Source of the DNA: Anthoceros angustus
Lineage: Eukaryota > Plantae > Anthocerotophyta
Length of the DNA stretch: 64,000 nucleotides
Assembly: GCA_010909165.1 (NCBI GenBank)
Contig: VJWM01000118.1
Span: 310,001 to 374,000, forward strand
Reading direction: 5' to 3'
Positions 1 through 12,300 of this stretch are shown here, piece by piece. How positions within the stretch are numbered: the first letter of the stretch is position 1; each line of letters starts with the position of its first letter. Made by a program: the position numbers and the translations under genes. The notes beneath the pieces are model-generated. The model was not told where the DNA came from. It did no database searches and saw only the letters and a program-made list of their open reading frames with translations.

Positions 1-946
1 AACATCGTGCCCGGACTCGGCCCGGCTCTGACAAGAGGAGGAGAAAGCAATGGCACCCAAAAGCCGGATGAGCCATGGACCCTCGTGGGCGCAACATTGT
101 GACCCGCGCTATCCGGACTTGGCCTGGGCGGAGGCGATTGGTGCGGGAGTGGCATCTGGGCGTGTTCCAAATGGTGGACCTTTGACAACGTCACTCTAGT
201 CCGGAGTTTGCGGAAGATCTTGGCGATCAACAAGGAGGTCCGATCCAAGAACCTCGGGAGGACCGGGCGATGGACCTTGGAGGTCCCGAGGATGGCCTAC
301 AACCGCCCAAGGAGGAAGAAGGGGCGTGAGGCGGGGCGGCGCCACGTGGGCCACAGTGGAGGTCGGGCATGCGGTGAGCCGGGGCCGTAACCTTGCGAGG
401 CCGTTATAGCGGTATTCACGCCCGCGGCCGCGGCGTAAGGCAGTGGAGCGTGGGGGTCGATGCCATGGACCCACAGCGATTCTGGACAGGCGCCTTCCGT
501 GATTACTTCCTGGCCAAGGAGGGAGGTCATTTGCTGCAGACCTCAGACAATCCTCACGGTCCCTTGCGCTCCGCAATCCGGCTCTGGCTCTTTTGGGCGC
601 CCAGTCGGCTTAGGCGTGGCGCCCGTCGAGGTTGCAGCGGCGAAGGAGGAACATCGTGCCCGGACTCGGCCCGGCTCTGACAAGAGGAGGAGAAAGCAAT
701 GGCACCCAAAAGCCGGATGAGCCATGGACCCTCGTGGGCGCAACATTGTGACCCGCGCTATCCGGACTTGGCCTGGGCGGAGGCGATTGGTGCGGGAGTG
801 GCATCTGGGCGTGTTCCAAATGGTGGACCTTTGACAACGTCACTCTAGTCCGGAGTTTGCGGAAGATCTTGGCGATCAACAAGGAGGTCCGATCCAAGAA
901 CCTCGGGAGGACCGGGCGATGGACCTTGGAGGTCCCGAGGATGGCC
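1..946. repeat. Direct duplication, 649-bp period (1-297 identical to 650-946)
   Basis: AACATCGTGCCCGGACTCGG... starts at 1 and at 650 and stays identical to ...GGATGGCCTA. Confidence 0.85.
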
Positions 947-3197
947 TAGCCAGAAGGAGGAAGAAGGGGCGTGGTGCAGCCCCTTAAGGCGAAGGGAAGA
1001 TAGGGCCGACCCAGGGCCTCGAGGCACGCAGCGGACAACCAACGGATGGTTGATATCCGATCCGGATACGAGTAAGGGCGGTAGCCGGATCATTGTCCAT
1101 TGAACGCCACCAAGGTGGATCACCTTGGTGATAACCGCTGGTATTCTCGCATGCGCCAATGGGAAGAGAGCGACTGGGAAGGATTATCTTCGGTTCAGAG
1201 GCACGCAAGCTAAGGAGCGAAGCCTCGCCATCGGGGCCATACACGATTCATGTATGGGGACATTTCGAGCTCTGAAGGAGGGAGAGCTTGAGCGCCCGAA
1301 GGCCGGAGGCCCGCCAAGTAGAGCGTGCAAGGGCGCCGAGGTGGGGGTCGCCCTTCAAGACCAAGCGGACTCGGGAGGAGGACGATCGAGGATTCCGGAC
1401 TCCATACGCGAGCGAACCCCTCACCACCTGTGGAAGTTTGGGAGGCGATTCCCCTTCCCTCCTTTTGGTGCCCCTCGGGAGGAGGCAAGAGGTCAAGAGG
1501 CGGTGGGAGGCGTTGGCGGCTCGGCACCGGCAGACAATGACAACCACGGCCGGGCTGCGAGCCCCACGAACTCGGGGAGCCGATGCCGGAGGGGCGCTGG
1601 CGCACCGGCTGCAACAGCCAACAACCACGACGCCGAGCCCGACGAACGCGGAGCAAGAGGCGGAAGACGGTGCCGCTTACCAACGCAAAGACCTCGAAGG
1701 TGCCGACTTACCCCCGCCACGGAGTGGCAAGAGGTCAAGAGGCGTAAGGAGGGCAGAAGGGACGTGGCCCAGGAGGTCACCGGCAGCCCACCTCGAGCCG
1801 TCCTGCCCCCGATGTGAAGGGGCAAAAGAGCTTGCTCCCGACCCCTCACCTCCTCCGAGCCCTGTGAGAAAGAGGGCACAAAGGAGTTAGAGGCCAAGAG
1901 GGCCAAGAGGGTGAGACTCGGACCTCACCACTGTGACCGAGGGTCCCGATTAGGTCCGAGAACCCACCGACTCTCGGATCGGTATGGAGGTCCTCGGATC
2001 GAGAAATGCCGGCTCCCACTACGGACTTTGTGGGGGCCTCACTACGGCCGTGGAAGAAACACGGCGAGTCTGCCACTCATGGACGGAATGCTTTGGGGTC
2101 TCTGTGGTACAGGAGAAGACCCGAAGTGGAGGCCACCCGAGGAGGATGGTGGAACCCAAGAGCAAGTGAAGGCGGCCGAGGGGCAAAGGAAAGGCGGAGT
2201 CCCTCGCGGATCGAGGAAGGGAAACGCCGGTGGCGGAGCGAGGCCCGGGTTCAGAGACGGAAGGTTCTTCACCAGGCACAAGCTCAGAGGCCCAAGCGGG
2301 CGGAGGACCTTGCAGCGAAGAGGGAAGCGCAGCAGAGGCGGAAGAGGCCCGGCACAAGCAGAGAGCTCGGGACTGGCGGAGCGAGGCCCGGCCAGAGTAA
2401 TGGGCGAGGCCGTAAAGGCGGCGAGCTCAAGCGCAAAGAGCGACCGGATCACTACTGACGTGATCGGGCCGGTGGAGAGAGTCAGCATGAGGCTAAGGCC
2501 GACAAAGGCTATGGAGCAAGGGCCAGAGGAGATAGAGGATCTCACAAGCAGGAGGTAGAAGGAGGCGGCAGCAGATGGAGGACAGAAGGACACGCTGAGC
2601 TACAACTCCAAGATGCGCTTGAGCAGTGATTCTCAACGAGAGAATCCACGACCTCGAGCACGAAAAGAGTGCCTCGGCCTCAAGACGGAGGAAAATCGCG
2701 ACTATCCAAGGAGTTGGACGCTGTGCTGCTGATGAGCCGGAGGAAGTCCGAGTCGGACGGAGGTATCCGACCGGAGAGGGAGTCATGAGCTAAAGGCCGT
2801 AATGAACGGAGGAGCGAGCACCGGAAGCGTAAAAGAAGCCGCCGTCCACCGAGAAAGGCGGAAGGGAGCGCCTATGGCGGTAAGCGATGGAAAGGAAACG
2901 ACGGAGCCGAGCAGTGGAGCAACAGGCAACAGGAGGTGACCGAGGCCTTGTAGCCTCGTGATACCTGCCCACACAACTGGGCAGAGAGGTGGCCCAACAA
3001 GCCGGCAAAGACGCCCTTTAACACTTATGGCGGAGGGAGTATCGGGTGCTCGCACACGTGGAAGAGGCAATTCAACAAGTCGATCTGACTTTGCCTATTA
3101 CCACGCCGAGCTCCCGGCAGAAGCCTCGACGGCCGCAGACGGACGGACCGGAAGGCTCAAGGAGATGAAGGCCACGGGGACAAAGACAGGACCCTAG
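699..3197 (+). pseudogene. Frameshift-fragmented accessory ORF inside the LTR (MAPK... start, coiled-coil-like C-terminal half)
   Basis: ATG GCA CCC AAA at 699 and ...KEMKATGTKTGP-stop at 3197. The same start and stop recur in the other two full LTR copies. Charged, heptad-like peptides appear in alternating frames. Confidence 0.45.
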
Positions 3198-3384
3198 TGG
3201 CCTGCTTGAGATGACGGGAGCGGAGAGGAGCAACCGAGGAGGCAGAACAGGGAGCGGATGCGTGAGGTAAGCACCCCGCACCTCACCATGGAAGGAGGGG
3301 CCAAAGGAGTCACTGGGCGATCGGGAGCAGGAGGACTTGAGGAGAGCCACGGAGGAGTCCCGTGAGGGAGGAAACCGGGTGGGC

Positions 3385-3735
3385 GTGAGTCCGGACTTTG
3401 TCCGGACTGAGGGAGGCCGGACCAAGTCCGGACCAGAATAAGTCCGGACCTCAAGTCCGGACTCAAGTCCGGACCACAAGTCCGGACCTCGGTAATAAGT
3501 CCGGACCACGAGGTCCGGACCCGAGACAAGGTCGGACCTAGCCGGACCTGTGAATAAGCCGGACTCAAGTTCGTGAGTCGGACTTTGTCCGGACCCGGAG
3601 GCCGGACCACAGTCGGACCTCGGTAATAAGTCCGGACCACAGTCGGACCCGTAATGTCCGGACCACGAGTCGGACCCCGTGTCATCCGGACCACGAGGTC
3701 CGGACCCGGTCGGACCTAGCCGGACCCGAAATAAG
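3385..3735. repeat. GGTCCGGAC(C)-type short tandem array in the LTR
   Basis: Many degenerate copies of GTCCGGAC / GGTCCGGACC. Equivalent arrays at ~43620-43785 and ~53035-53180. Confidence 0.85.
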
Positions 3736-4874
3736 CCGGACTCAAGTTCGTGAGTCGAGGCAGACCTCGAGGACCGGCGGCAAGAAGGAGGAGCCCCTTC
3801 GACTTACGCTTAGGGGAGCCGATAGCCGGTGGCCCCACCGGCCAAGGACCTGTGAGGCTGGAGGATGACGTGGTAACGGTTGTCGATCGCCGAGAGCCCA
3901 ACCCGATGTGATTCCGGGAGAGGAGGGGCCTCACGGATCATCCGATTGGGTGCACCACAACCGCTGACGGGGATTGGACCACCCATTCCGAGGCGGGCCT
4001 GGACCTTCCCACAACCGAAGGAGATAGGGGGGATAAGGCGGCCGATTAGGGTATACCGAGTGGCTATCACCGTAATAGGGGTGTAATAAAGACGCCACCT
4101 TGGGCGCAGATAAGAGGGCCGAGGTCGCCTAGTAAAGCATCTTTCTCTTGGTGTTGATGCTGCTCTGCACCTTTGTGAGTCTTCTTGCTAACGTGAGTCC
4201 CGAGTCACCGAAAGGTGCACGGCGCCCGGGAGATTGATCAAGGTCCCGTGACGACTTAACGCTGCTGTGGTGTGTGTGTGGAAGGGTGAGGTGATCCGTG
4301 GCCCGAGCCGCGTCCGACACCGAACTGACTGAACGCGTGAGCCGGAGGAACTCCGGAGGGTGTAGAGCCGGACGGAGGCCGGACCACGAGGTCCGGATCA
4401 CAGAACCCGCGCTGGCCTTTTCTAAGATCAAGAGTGTAGCGGAGAGGAGAGAGGAAAGGATCGATGCGTGAAGGATGTATGTGAACGATACGGACGCGAA
4501 CGGGTCTCAAACGCTTACCGGCCCAGACGGAACGCCAGAGTAGTTAGGAGTATGTGTGTGTTGAGACCGAACGAGCGCTAAGGACGGTAAGAATGAAACG
4601 CGTAAACGGGCCTATCATTCCCTTGGGAACGGACTTCTTCCTACAACGACACGGGATTGTGCGCGCCCGGCTGGCCATCAGCAAAAGTCCCGCCACAAGG
4701 TCGCATACATGCTTTCCTAGAAAAGTGGCTGCAACTTGTGGTTGTCTGAGTTCCAAGAGATGCATATGCTTAGATGGGGCAAGGTTGCTAGATAAGAGGG
4801 TGAGCTCTTAAAGTTTTTAGTTTTCTTTGGACATTAGAGCATTGTGGAGAATTAGCTTGGAGGAGAGATAGAAG

Positions 4875-5350
4875 AGAGCTTTGTCTTCAGTCAAGGGTAG
4901 CAGCCAAAAGGGTGTTGATAGCCAAACTTTATTATGTACTTTGTGAGTGAGTAAAGAGAAGCAGCAGAGGCTGATCTGCAAGTTGTTAGAGGACAGCGGA
5001 CTACTTAAAGGCCTAATGTTGTCTCTTATGTGAGATTGCTCTGTAAGGTGGCGTAGTCCTTGATTCAGTCCTGAGTAAGATTGACGTGATCCTAAACATG
5101 ACATGTGAAAGCAGTAGAAGGTTTAGGATTCTGTCGATCTCACTCCGACCCAAGGACTACGCGTTCTCATGGAGCAATCTCATTTAAGACACAACATTAG
5201 GCCTCCAAGTAGCCCGCCGTCCCCGAGGAACTCACAGATCGGCCTCTTCTGCTGCTGTTTACTCGCTCACAGAGTACACAACAAAGTTTCGTTATCAACA
5301 ACCTTCTTGCTACTCCCCTTGACTCAAGATAGCCTTTGATGTAGCTCTCC
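4875..5350. repeat. Degenerate ~230-bp inverted repeat (foldback) with ~22-nt spacer at ~5099-5120
   Basis: Left arm e.g. GGCCTAATGTTG, GAGATTGCTC, GCGTAGTCCTTG, ATCCTAAAC. Right arm has the reverse complements GTTTAGGAT, CAAGGACTACGC, GAGCAATCTC, CAACATTAGGCC. Confidence 0.8.
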
Positions 5351-5359
5351 TTGAACATA

Positions 5360-5421
5360 TAGTCAACCCTCGATAAATTTTATTTCTACTAGTATAAATA
5401 ACATTTATCGAGGGTTGACTG
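5360..5421. mobile_element. 62-bp Tc1/mariner(pogo)-like miniature inverted-repeat element
   Basis: Perfect 18-bp TIRs AGTCAACCCTCGATAAAT (5361-5378) / ATTTATCGAGGGTTGACT (5403-5420), CAG-type terminus on the right, TA on both sides (5358-59, 5422-23). Confidence 0.7.
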
Positions 5422-6078
5422 TACATAGGTGGTGTGACATTTCGCACAAGCCGCTATTATCCTAAGCTTATGGGCAACATCCGTCTCACAACTGCTCCGT
5501 TCATATCAATATGAAGCCGGTCCAAATGCCAGGTTAAGAGTCTTAATAGCCTAAACTATGCCCCTAGGGTTATAGGGAGAGGTGGCACTGTATAGCCAGG
5601 CATGATGGGGTTTTTAGTATGTACATTCTTGGGAGACTAGCAACTTTCAGCTGGAGTGAGGTATGAACATTGAAGACAAGCTTGCGAGGGATAATTGCTG
5701 AAGAATATAGCATTCTATATCGTACTTATTTACTTATGGCATTATGAGTAGACGGGCTTTGAGCGAGAAGGTTCTTGTCATCACCACAGGCCGCAAGGCT
5801 TTGGCTTTGCGCCAGTAGCCACTCACTCCTCTCTGTTGTACAGGCCTTGTGTCTTCTACGGGATTCGTGAATGAAGGCTTGTTTGATTGCCCAACTTGCC
5901 CCCTATGTGATGTGAATACTGGAAATCCGACTTGCTTTGCAAATGAACTATCTTGATTGATGAAGTGTAAAAATTGACTGACTGCCATATGACTTTGCCT
6001 ACATCCGCATGCCGGCATCACTAAAGGACAATAGCTTACCATCGAGCATTGTTACACATTCATGTAATAGCCAGCAAA

Positions 6079-6122
6079 GTTTTGCCGCGAGAGAAGCTTA
6101 TAGGCTTCTCTTGTGGCAAAAC
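6079..6122. repeat. 19-bp stem hairpin
   Basis: GTTTTGCCGCGAGAGAAGC / GCTTCTCTTGTGGCAAAAC with a 6-nt loop; the two mismatches would be G:U pairs on a + strand RNA. Confidence 0.7.
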
Positions 6123-6588
6123 TATGAGTAGCTACTATGAGCTGCCACATGCATGCATGCATCAAGTGTTGTTGACCATAGGCAGGTGTGTATAGTTTGA
6201 AGGCTGTTACCTTAGTAAGTTAAGGAAGAACTTAACAAATCCCATTTACAGAGTGTCCCAATTAGGCAGTGTCCCAATTGGAGGGAGGTAATTGTCATTG
6301 GTTGGAGGGGTAAAGAGAATTAGAAGGATACTAGTTTCCTAGTTAAGTATTCTCTAGTACCTATATAATGCACCGGGGGCTTTGATTGGAGGATTAGTGA
6401 GTTTGGTAAGAGCTTACGAAGAGAGAGTTTATGTATTGTAGCTATTTAAGTGTGGTTAAGTTAGCATTCTTTGTTATAGATTTTATTGTCTATATTTATT
6501 TGTGGACTAGATTTTAAAGAGGAGATATTCTAGCAGTTTGGAACTATAACATTCATCATTAAAATTGTTTCTATAATTGAAGTTCTCA

Positions 6589-7032
6589 ATGGAAGAATCA
6601 ATAGGGATAAAAGCTAAGATTGCAGAAGCATATTCACAACCAAGCAATACATTAAATCACAAAGAAAAATATGAATGTCCTATATGTCTCCGTGAGCTTA
6701 AGGAAAATATAGGAGTGGACAACTCTAAATATAAATGTTCTCAATCCTCGCACAAGTTTCATGGCTATTGTATTAACAATTGGGTCTCTTATTCAGGCCG
6801 TTGGACTTGCCCTATTTGTAGACAAGCTCTTACACTCACTCATTCTGCTTCTAGGCTTCATGTCCATTTCCTAGAGATTCTTAATATCGTTGGTGGCCTG
6901 GTCCTATATGTGTGTGTATGGATTATTTTGTGGTTGTCAATTAAATCAATCTTTTTATTGGATTATGATGCAATTTTTTCTAGTGATTCTGAAGGTGATA
7001 TTTATGAAGTATTTGCTTACCATCTTTTTTAG
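6589..7032 (+). CDS. Intronless RING-H2 (C3H2C3) protein with a C-terminal transmembrane segment, probable E3 ubiquitin ligase
   Basis: CPIC-x16-C-x4-H-x2-H-x2-C-x3-W-x8-CPIC, then hydrophobic ILNIVGGLVLYVCVWIILWLSI and an acidic tail. First ATG at 6589; the ORF track starts at a TTG at 6577. Confidence 0.7.
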   Translation: MEESIGIKAKIAEAYSQPSNTLNHKEKYECPICLRELKENIGVDNSKYKCSQSSHKFHGYCINNWVSYSGRWTCPICRQALTLTHSASRLHVHFLEILNIVGGLVLYVCVWIILWLSIKSIFLLDYDAIFSSDSEGDIYEVFAYHLF

Positions 7033-7295
7033 TTGGTTTCCATAGCCTTTTACTATTCTAGGTTTCACTATCCATAACCCTTTGACAAGCCTTAGTTGGA
7101 GCAATTTACAAAGCCACATCCCTATGCAGCCAGATCTAGAGTTGAAAGATGCTTGACATGATACGTCCAATATTATTTATTTGAAATATAAAAGCTATTT
7201 TTTAGGCTTAAGATCTCAATTGATTGATAGATTGATTTCTGATGTTTTTGCTCTTACACGATAAAAATTATTCTTTTATAAATAAGACCGTAAAA

Positions 7296-7377
7296 AAGAT
7301 CTGGTGAGAGTTGAGATATCAAATGCTCCATCTCTAAAGATCTGGTGAGAGTTGAGATATCAAATGCTCCATCTCTA
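7296..7377. repeat. Exact 41-bp tandem duplication
   Basis: AAGATCTGGTGAGAGTTGAGATATCAAATGCTCCATCTCTA occurs at 7296 and 7337. Confidence 0.9.
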
Positions 7378-7449
7378 ATCTAAATGAGGTAATCATGGTT
7401 ATAAGTTATTCCGATCATAGTTGCTGCCAATAGCGAGTTCTATGTAGCT

Positions 7450-8500
7450 TTCCACTATTTCCCACATCGCTTATGCAATTGCTACTTGAGTGGCGGGTGA
7501 CCTCTTTGACCTGGAAATCGACGGTGTCTTTGCATTTGTCGGAGCCCTTGCATCTCCAGAGGGCCTCAAAAACATCCTCTTTCGAAGTGGGAGTGGAAGC
7601 AACTCTAGTGATTGCCCTCAGAAGACCTAGAATGGAAGGGGAAGGAAGGAATACAATTACGTCATTGGTGGAGACTCTGACGAAAACAACACTTGTGAAA
7701 ATAAGTAATGCCGCATCTCACTATCCATTGACAATCTTCATCATCCGCACTGCAATAGGTGTGGGCTCTGGTATGGCTTGTGTTTGGGGTATTTCTTTGT
7801 GCATTGGCGAACAACTTGTTCTTCCAAGATTTTCATAATTTTCTAAAACAATGGCATTTCATACTCTAGTGCGGGTGTTTGTGAACATAGCTATTTGTTT
7901 TGTCATCATAGTCGATGCGTAGAGTTAGTGCACGTAGTTGCTTGTTTTGTTATAGTAATTGCATGTGTTGTCACCTTTGTTATAATACTATTTTTTCGGG
8001 GTTTCTCTGCGATTGTGCTATTTTTTACTCGATTTGAATTTGGTTATTGTTGTGGGTGCGCCTATAATTGCTACCAATTCCAACAATAAGCAATGCCAAC
8101 TACTTATGGCATACATATTTGCCAAAATAGCCATTACATTGGCGCCAAAGCTCTATATCTTGGAGGCATAATTTGATTTGATGTGTTGAGAGATTGTCTA
8201 ATGATCATTATGTCTATAATGGAGGGCAATTATTTATTGTTGTTGGACTGACGGACCCTTGCCTCGTTTTGCCTTCTCGAGTTGATCGCAAAAAAAACAT
8301 GCAAGGTGAGCTTGACGATGTGCGGATGCAATTGCTGGCCGTGGAGTGTTCTCGAATTTGTGTTGGCTGATTTGTCGACTTGTCTGGTTGCATTGGAATG
8401 GCTCGTTAAATATCTACTTTAAGGTAGTAATAAGATTATTTTGGGAGGAATGGACAAAAGGAGCACAACACAACTGGAATGTTGTAAGACTGAGAAATCA
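7450..8500 (-). pseudogene. Heavily decayed retrotransposon gag-like relic
   Basis: Minus-strand translation near 7900-7990 gives ...NTCNYYNKTSNYVH*LY, resembling an eroded CX2CX4HX4C knuckle, followed by Pro/Gln-rich sequence with many stops. Confidence 0.25.
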
Positions 8501-9339
8501 GACTCCATAGTCATTGAACTCCATAGCTCAACCGGTAGAAACAATGGTGTATGTGTTTGCATGTTTTAACAACACTATATATTTACATGTTTTAAATATC
8601 GCGTTGTAGCTCGTGCTCATTATAGCTTTGAAACGTAGAGCAAAGACATACATTGCCTAGTTCCCTCATCATCCTTTTGATACGATTCTTTATACCCTTG
8701 ATATGCATAGCAACATTCTTTGTACGATTTTCATTTATTCCCAGATGTGACTATCCTACTTATCTCTGCATATTATATCAACTTTTTCATTGATTTTAAT
8801 CTAATTTTTTTCAATAACCGCAAACATCTCAAGTCTACTTCTTTGTGAATTTTCATAAAAATTAACTAAAAAAGCATTCGAAACTGGATGGTTAGAAAGA
8901 AAGTACAATTCACTGAAGGACGATGATATGCTGATTTGTAAGATTCTTGTACATCGTTTAGATCTCTTTCCTTGGTCAGAGTTTCCATACGTGTCGTCGG
9001 TTGGCGATACCCCACCCTGGCGGGTGCCGGCGCCCAGGCCATTTCCGCACCTGTTGTGCTTGCGGACGTCCTTGAGCTTTGGTCGTCATTCCAGAGAGGA
9101 ACCAAGGGCAAAGAGTTAAGAGCATTATAATCTTACACCAGTGGCATGGACATTGACATACATACATGGGCCGATGCTCCTCAATTTTGTAGCGAAAATT
9201 GGCAAGATGGCCGGGCCATGAGACCCGAGACGGCCGAGTTGCTGGCGATGCAGTGTCGTGCACCAGCGTGTCACCACAATTGTGGTTGTGCATGTGGGGA
9301 AAGATGGACCTCCAGAGAAACGGATCTTTGCTCTTGGCT

Positions 9340-12300
9340 TCACTCCTGTTGTTGTTCCTCATCTTCCTCGACATCGGCTGCAGCTGCCGGAGCTCGGGCC
9401 CGGTTGCGCAGCTCTTCGAAGGCACGCATGGTCTCTTGGTCAAATCCTCCAGCAAACTGCAACCGGGGCGCAGAGCGACGGTGAGGGAGCAGTTTATCAA
9501 GACAGTTGATCAATTAGGGCAACGATGAAATCAAGCAGGCTGGAGGTTTGGCGGAATTTCTGACCTGATGAACCCGGAAAGCAAACCGAACACCTTGAAG
9601 AAGTAGGAATTCTCGCACATGCTCCTTTTCTGGATTGAAGCTCAGAGTGTCCAGCTCATGTGCTACTCTCTTCATATACATCTGTGCCAGTCGAACAGCG
9701 GAAAGCTTGATCTGGAGTTCACAACACATTCCGATTGTAAGTTAGAAAGATTGGCCATGCCCTGAAGATACTGCCTCTGAATGAAAGGAAGACTTGAATA
9801 AGTATCAAGGAAGATACTACTCACTTTGCCTATCAATCCAGAATCAAGCAACCAGTAGGACGGTATGCTGAACTCCTTGTATCGGGCTACAGCCATGTCT
9901 CTGGTCCGGAGGAGGCCATACACAGCGTTCTCCACCCTGCATATCGTGATGTGAGAGGTTAGCAACGATGCCCACATTTTCAGGTGTACATACTGCCAAC
10001 CAATCCGACCATTCACATTCCAGACACGCTCCAAGGTTTCTTACTTTTCCAGTGCAGCAAGCATCTTTTTCAGGGAAGAATCACTCGGTACTCGGAGATC
10101 ATCCTCAAAGCCTGCCACTTCGTTGGCCAACTTTTCCAAATCTTGGTACTCGAAAGCAGCTTCTCGTAGTGCATCCGCCTTACCCTCGGGCCAATCAAAA
10201 TGCTTCAATACAGCTCGCTCATCCACCTGTAACATGGACTCAGTGTCAGATCTTCAGCTCAAATTTGAACAGCCAGAAGGAAGAGGGGCAAATTAATCCT
10301 GACCAGGAAGGAAAGCTCATCGTCAAGCCAGTTGACAAACGCAACGACATCCTCAATGTTTGTGTAGACAGCAGCTCGTACTTCAGTCGCCAGGGACTGG
10401 ACGAACTCACCTTGTGTCTCCACATCTGCTTTAATCTGCGACATTAACAGAATGAGATACAAGTCAAGAAACTCACAGGCCCAGATCAGGTTGCTATAAA
10501 ATCCTCAAAGCATTCAAGTCAAGAGCAAGCCATGGGTAGAAGAGCACACTCACAGCTAGAAGATGTGCAGAGCGGTTCTCGATTTCTCCTATCATGCTAT
10601 TGCGGGCATCTGCTGAGTTGCCTTTGAGACCAGCCGCTCCAGCACTTGCCTTTTGATCACGTTTCATCAAAGACTGATAGAATTCAACGACCTCTGGAGC
10701 TCTCTGCATCTTGTTACCACTCTGCAGCTTACCCAAGCCACCTAGAGGAGGAGGAGGAGGGGGGGGAGGTACACCTGGAGGCAGAGGGGCCCCTGGAGGA
10801 GGGGGTGGCGGTGGTGGGCCACCTGGAGGTGGTGGAGGTGGAGGGATACCTTTGCCTAGACCCTTTTGCAAAGCTTGGGCTCCTGTAGGTGGTGGCCCTG
10901 TAGGTTTGGGAGGTGGTTTTGCTTTTCTGAGCTCTCTCTTTTCCACTTCTGCGGGTGTCATCTTGGCTGCTGCTTCAGGACGCTTGCTCGCTGCTACCTC
11001 TTCAGCTTTCTCCTTGATCACCTGCTCTCTCTGAACTGCTAGTTTGTGTCTGTCCTTGAATGCTGGATACGCTTCAAGCTCATTGCCTGATACCTTAGAC
11101 ATGAGCTGGAAAGAGGCTGCAACACTTGGTCCCTCTGGTTTCTTCTTCGGCATTTTCAGTTTGCTGATGAGCTGATTCTCAGTGCGTTCTCCACCATCCT
11201 CCTGTTTCCTGCCACCATAAGACGTAATCTCCACAGCCTCACTTGAGTTCCTTAGCATCAAAGCTTCAAGTGGACCTTTGGATCCTACACTGACACCGCT
11301 GAAACTACGCCCTGGGCTGCTTCCTGCACTATGAGTTCCTGATGAAGTCATACTAGCAGTATCCATCAAGTCGTCCTTGCTTCTACCACTCCACTTTTTC
11401 AATCTCTTCATGAGACCGCCCTTCTTCTTGATGGGGCCCGATGAAAAGTCATAACCCAAATCACCGTCAGGTGTTTCCGATGCAGTTGATTGTGAGGACT
11501 CACTATCATACCCACTCTCTGACTGCTCCTTGTTACGGGACAAATCAGGCCCAGCATAATCAAGCATGAGCTGCTTAGCTCTCTCTTGGGACTTGGGACT
11601 GAGACTTTTGTTCAGGTCCATTGCTGTATACTTGCCTGGCGGGGCCTTGTAGTTGCGGAGCTCATACCGAAGACAGGCATTTACCCACCGCAGATATACC
11701 AACTCTTCGACCTCACTGAACCGGTTCATCTGCAACCCTTCAACCTGCTTGTACAGATCTTGATTAACATGCCTTAAAGCAGCGGTTTCGGCTTCTGCTC
11801 GTGCCACAAGATCACTCTGCAGAGGACAATACCACCATCCTGAGCAATGCCTTCACGGGGTTTAGAGGTCTATGCCAGCAAACAAGTACAACAAATGAAG
11901 CATCGTACCTCAGTGACGTTGGACAGCGTGTGTATTTCAGACTCGGCTGTCGCAAGCTTCACTGTCATTTCCCTCTTCTGATGCTGAAGTTCCTTGTTTG
12001 TGCGACGCAACTCCACAACCTCAACCTCTAGCTCTTTCAGGGTCTGCAGCTTCTTCTCAGTCTCCAAATCCTTTTTCGTCCGATCCTGGCCCTTCATCTC
12101 AAGTGATGCCACCTTCTGCTTGAGCATGAGAAGTTGCGCCTTGGCCTGCCCAGTGTCACTGTGGACTTGTTTCTGGAGCTCCGCATTCAGTTTCTTGCTC
12201 TCCTCTAACTGCTTCTTCAAAGATTCGACAGTGGCCGTGTCAGCCCCAGACTTCTTCCCTGCTTCTTCACCGCTATCCTGGGCCTGCAAACTTGCAACCT

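Larger units (their letters stand above)
1..4697 (+). mobile_element. LTR (3' part; start lies outside the window) of the Athila-like Ty3/gypsy family also present at 42685-64000
   Basis: Collinear with the reverse complement of 42685-46659. Ends ...GTCCCGCCACA at 4697 and is followed by unrelated DNA with no PBS, so it is a 3' or solo LTR end. Confidence 0.85.

Noticed and set aside
196-4811. Dozens of overlapping Arg/Pro/Gly-rich ORFs here and at 32.6-39.8 kb and 42.7-64 kb
   Set aside because: Shadow frames of GC-rich, stop-poor repeat DNA or frameshifted pieces of element ORFs; not independent genes.
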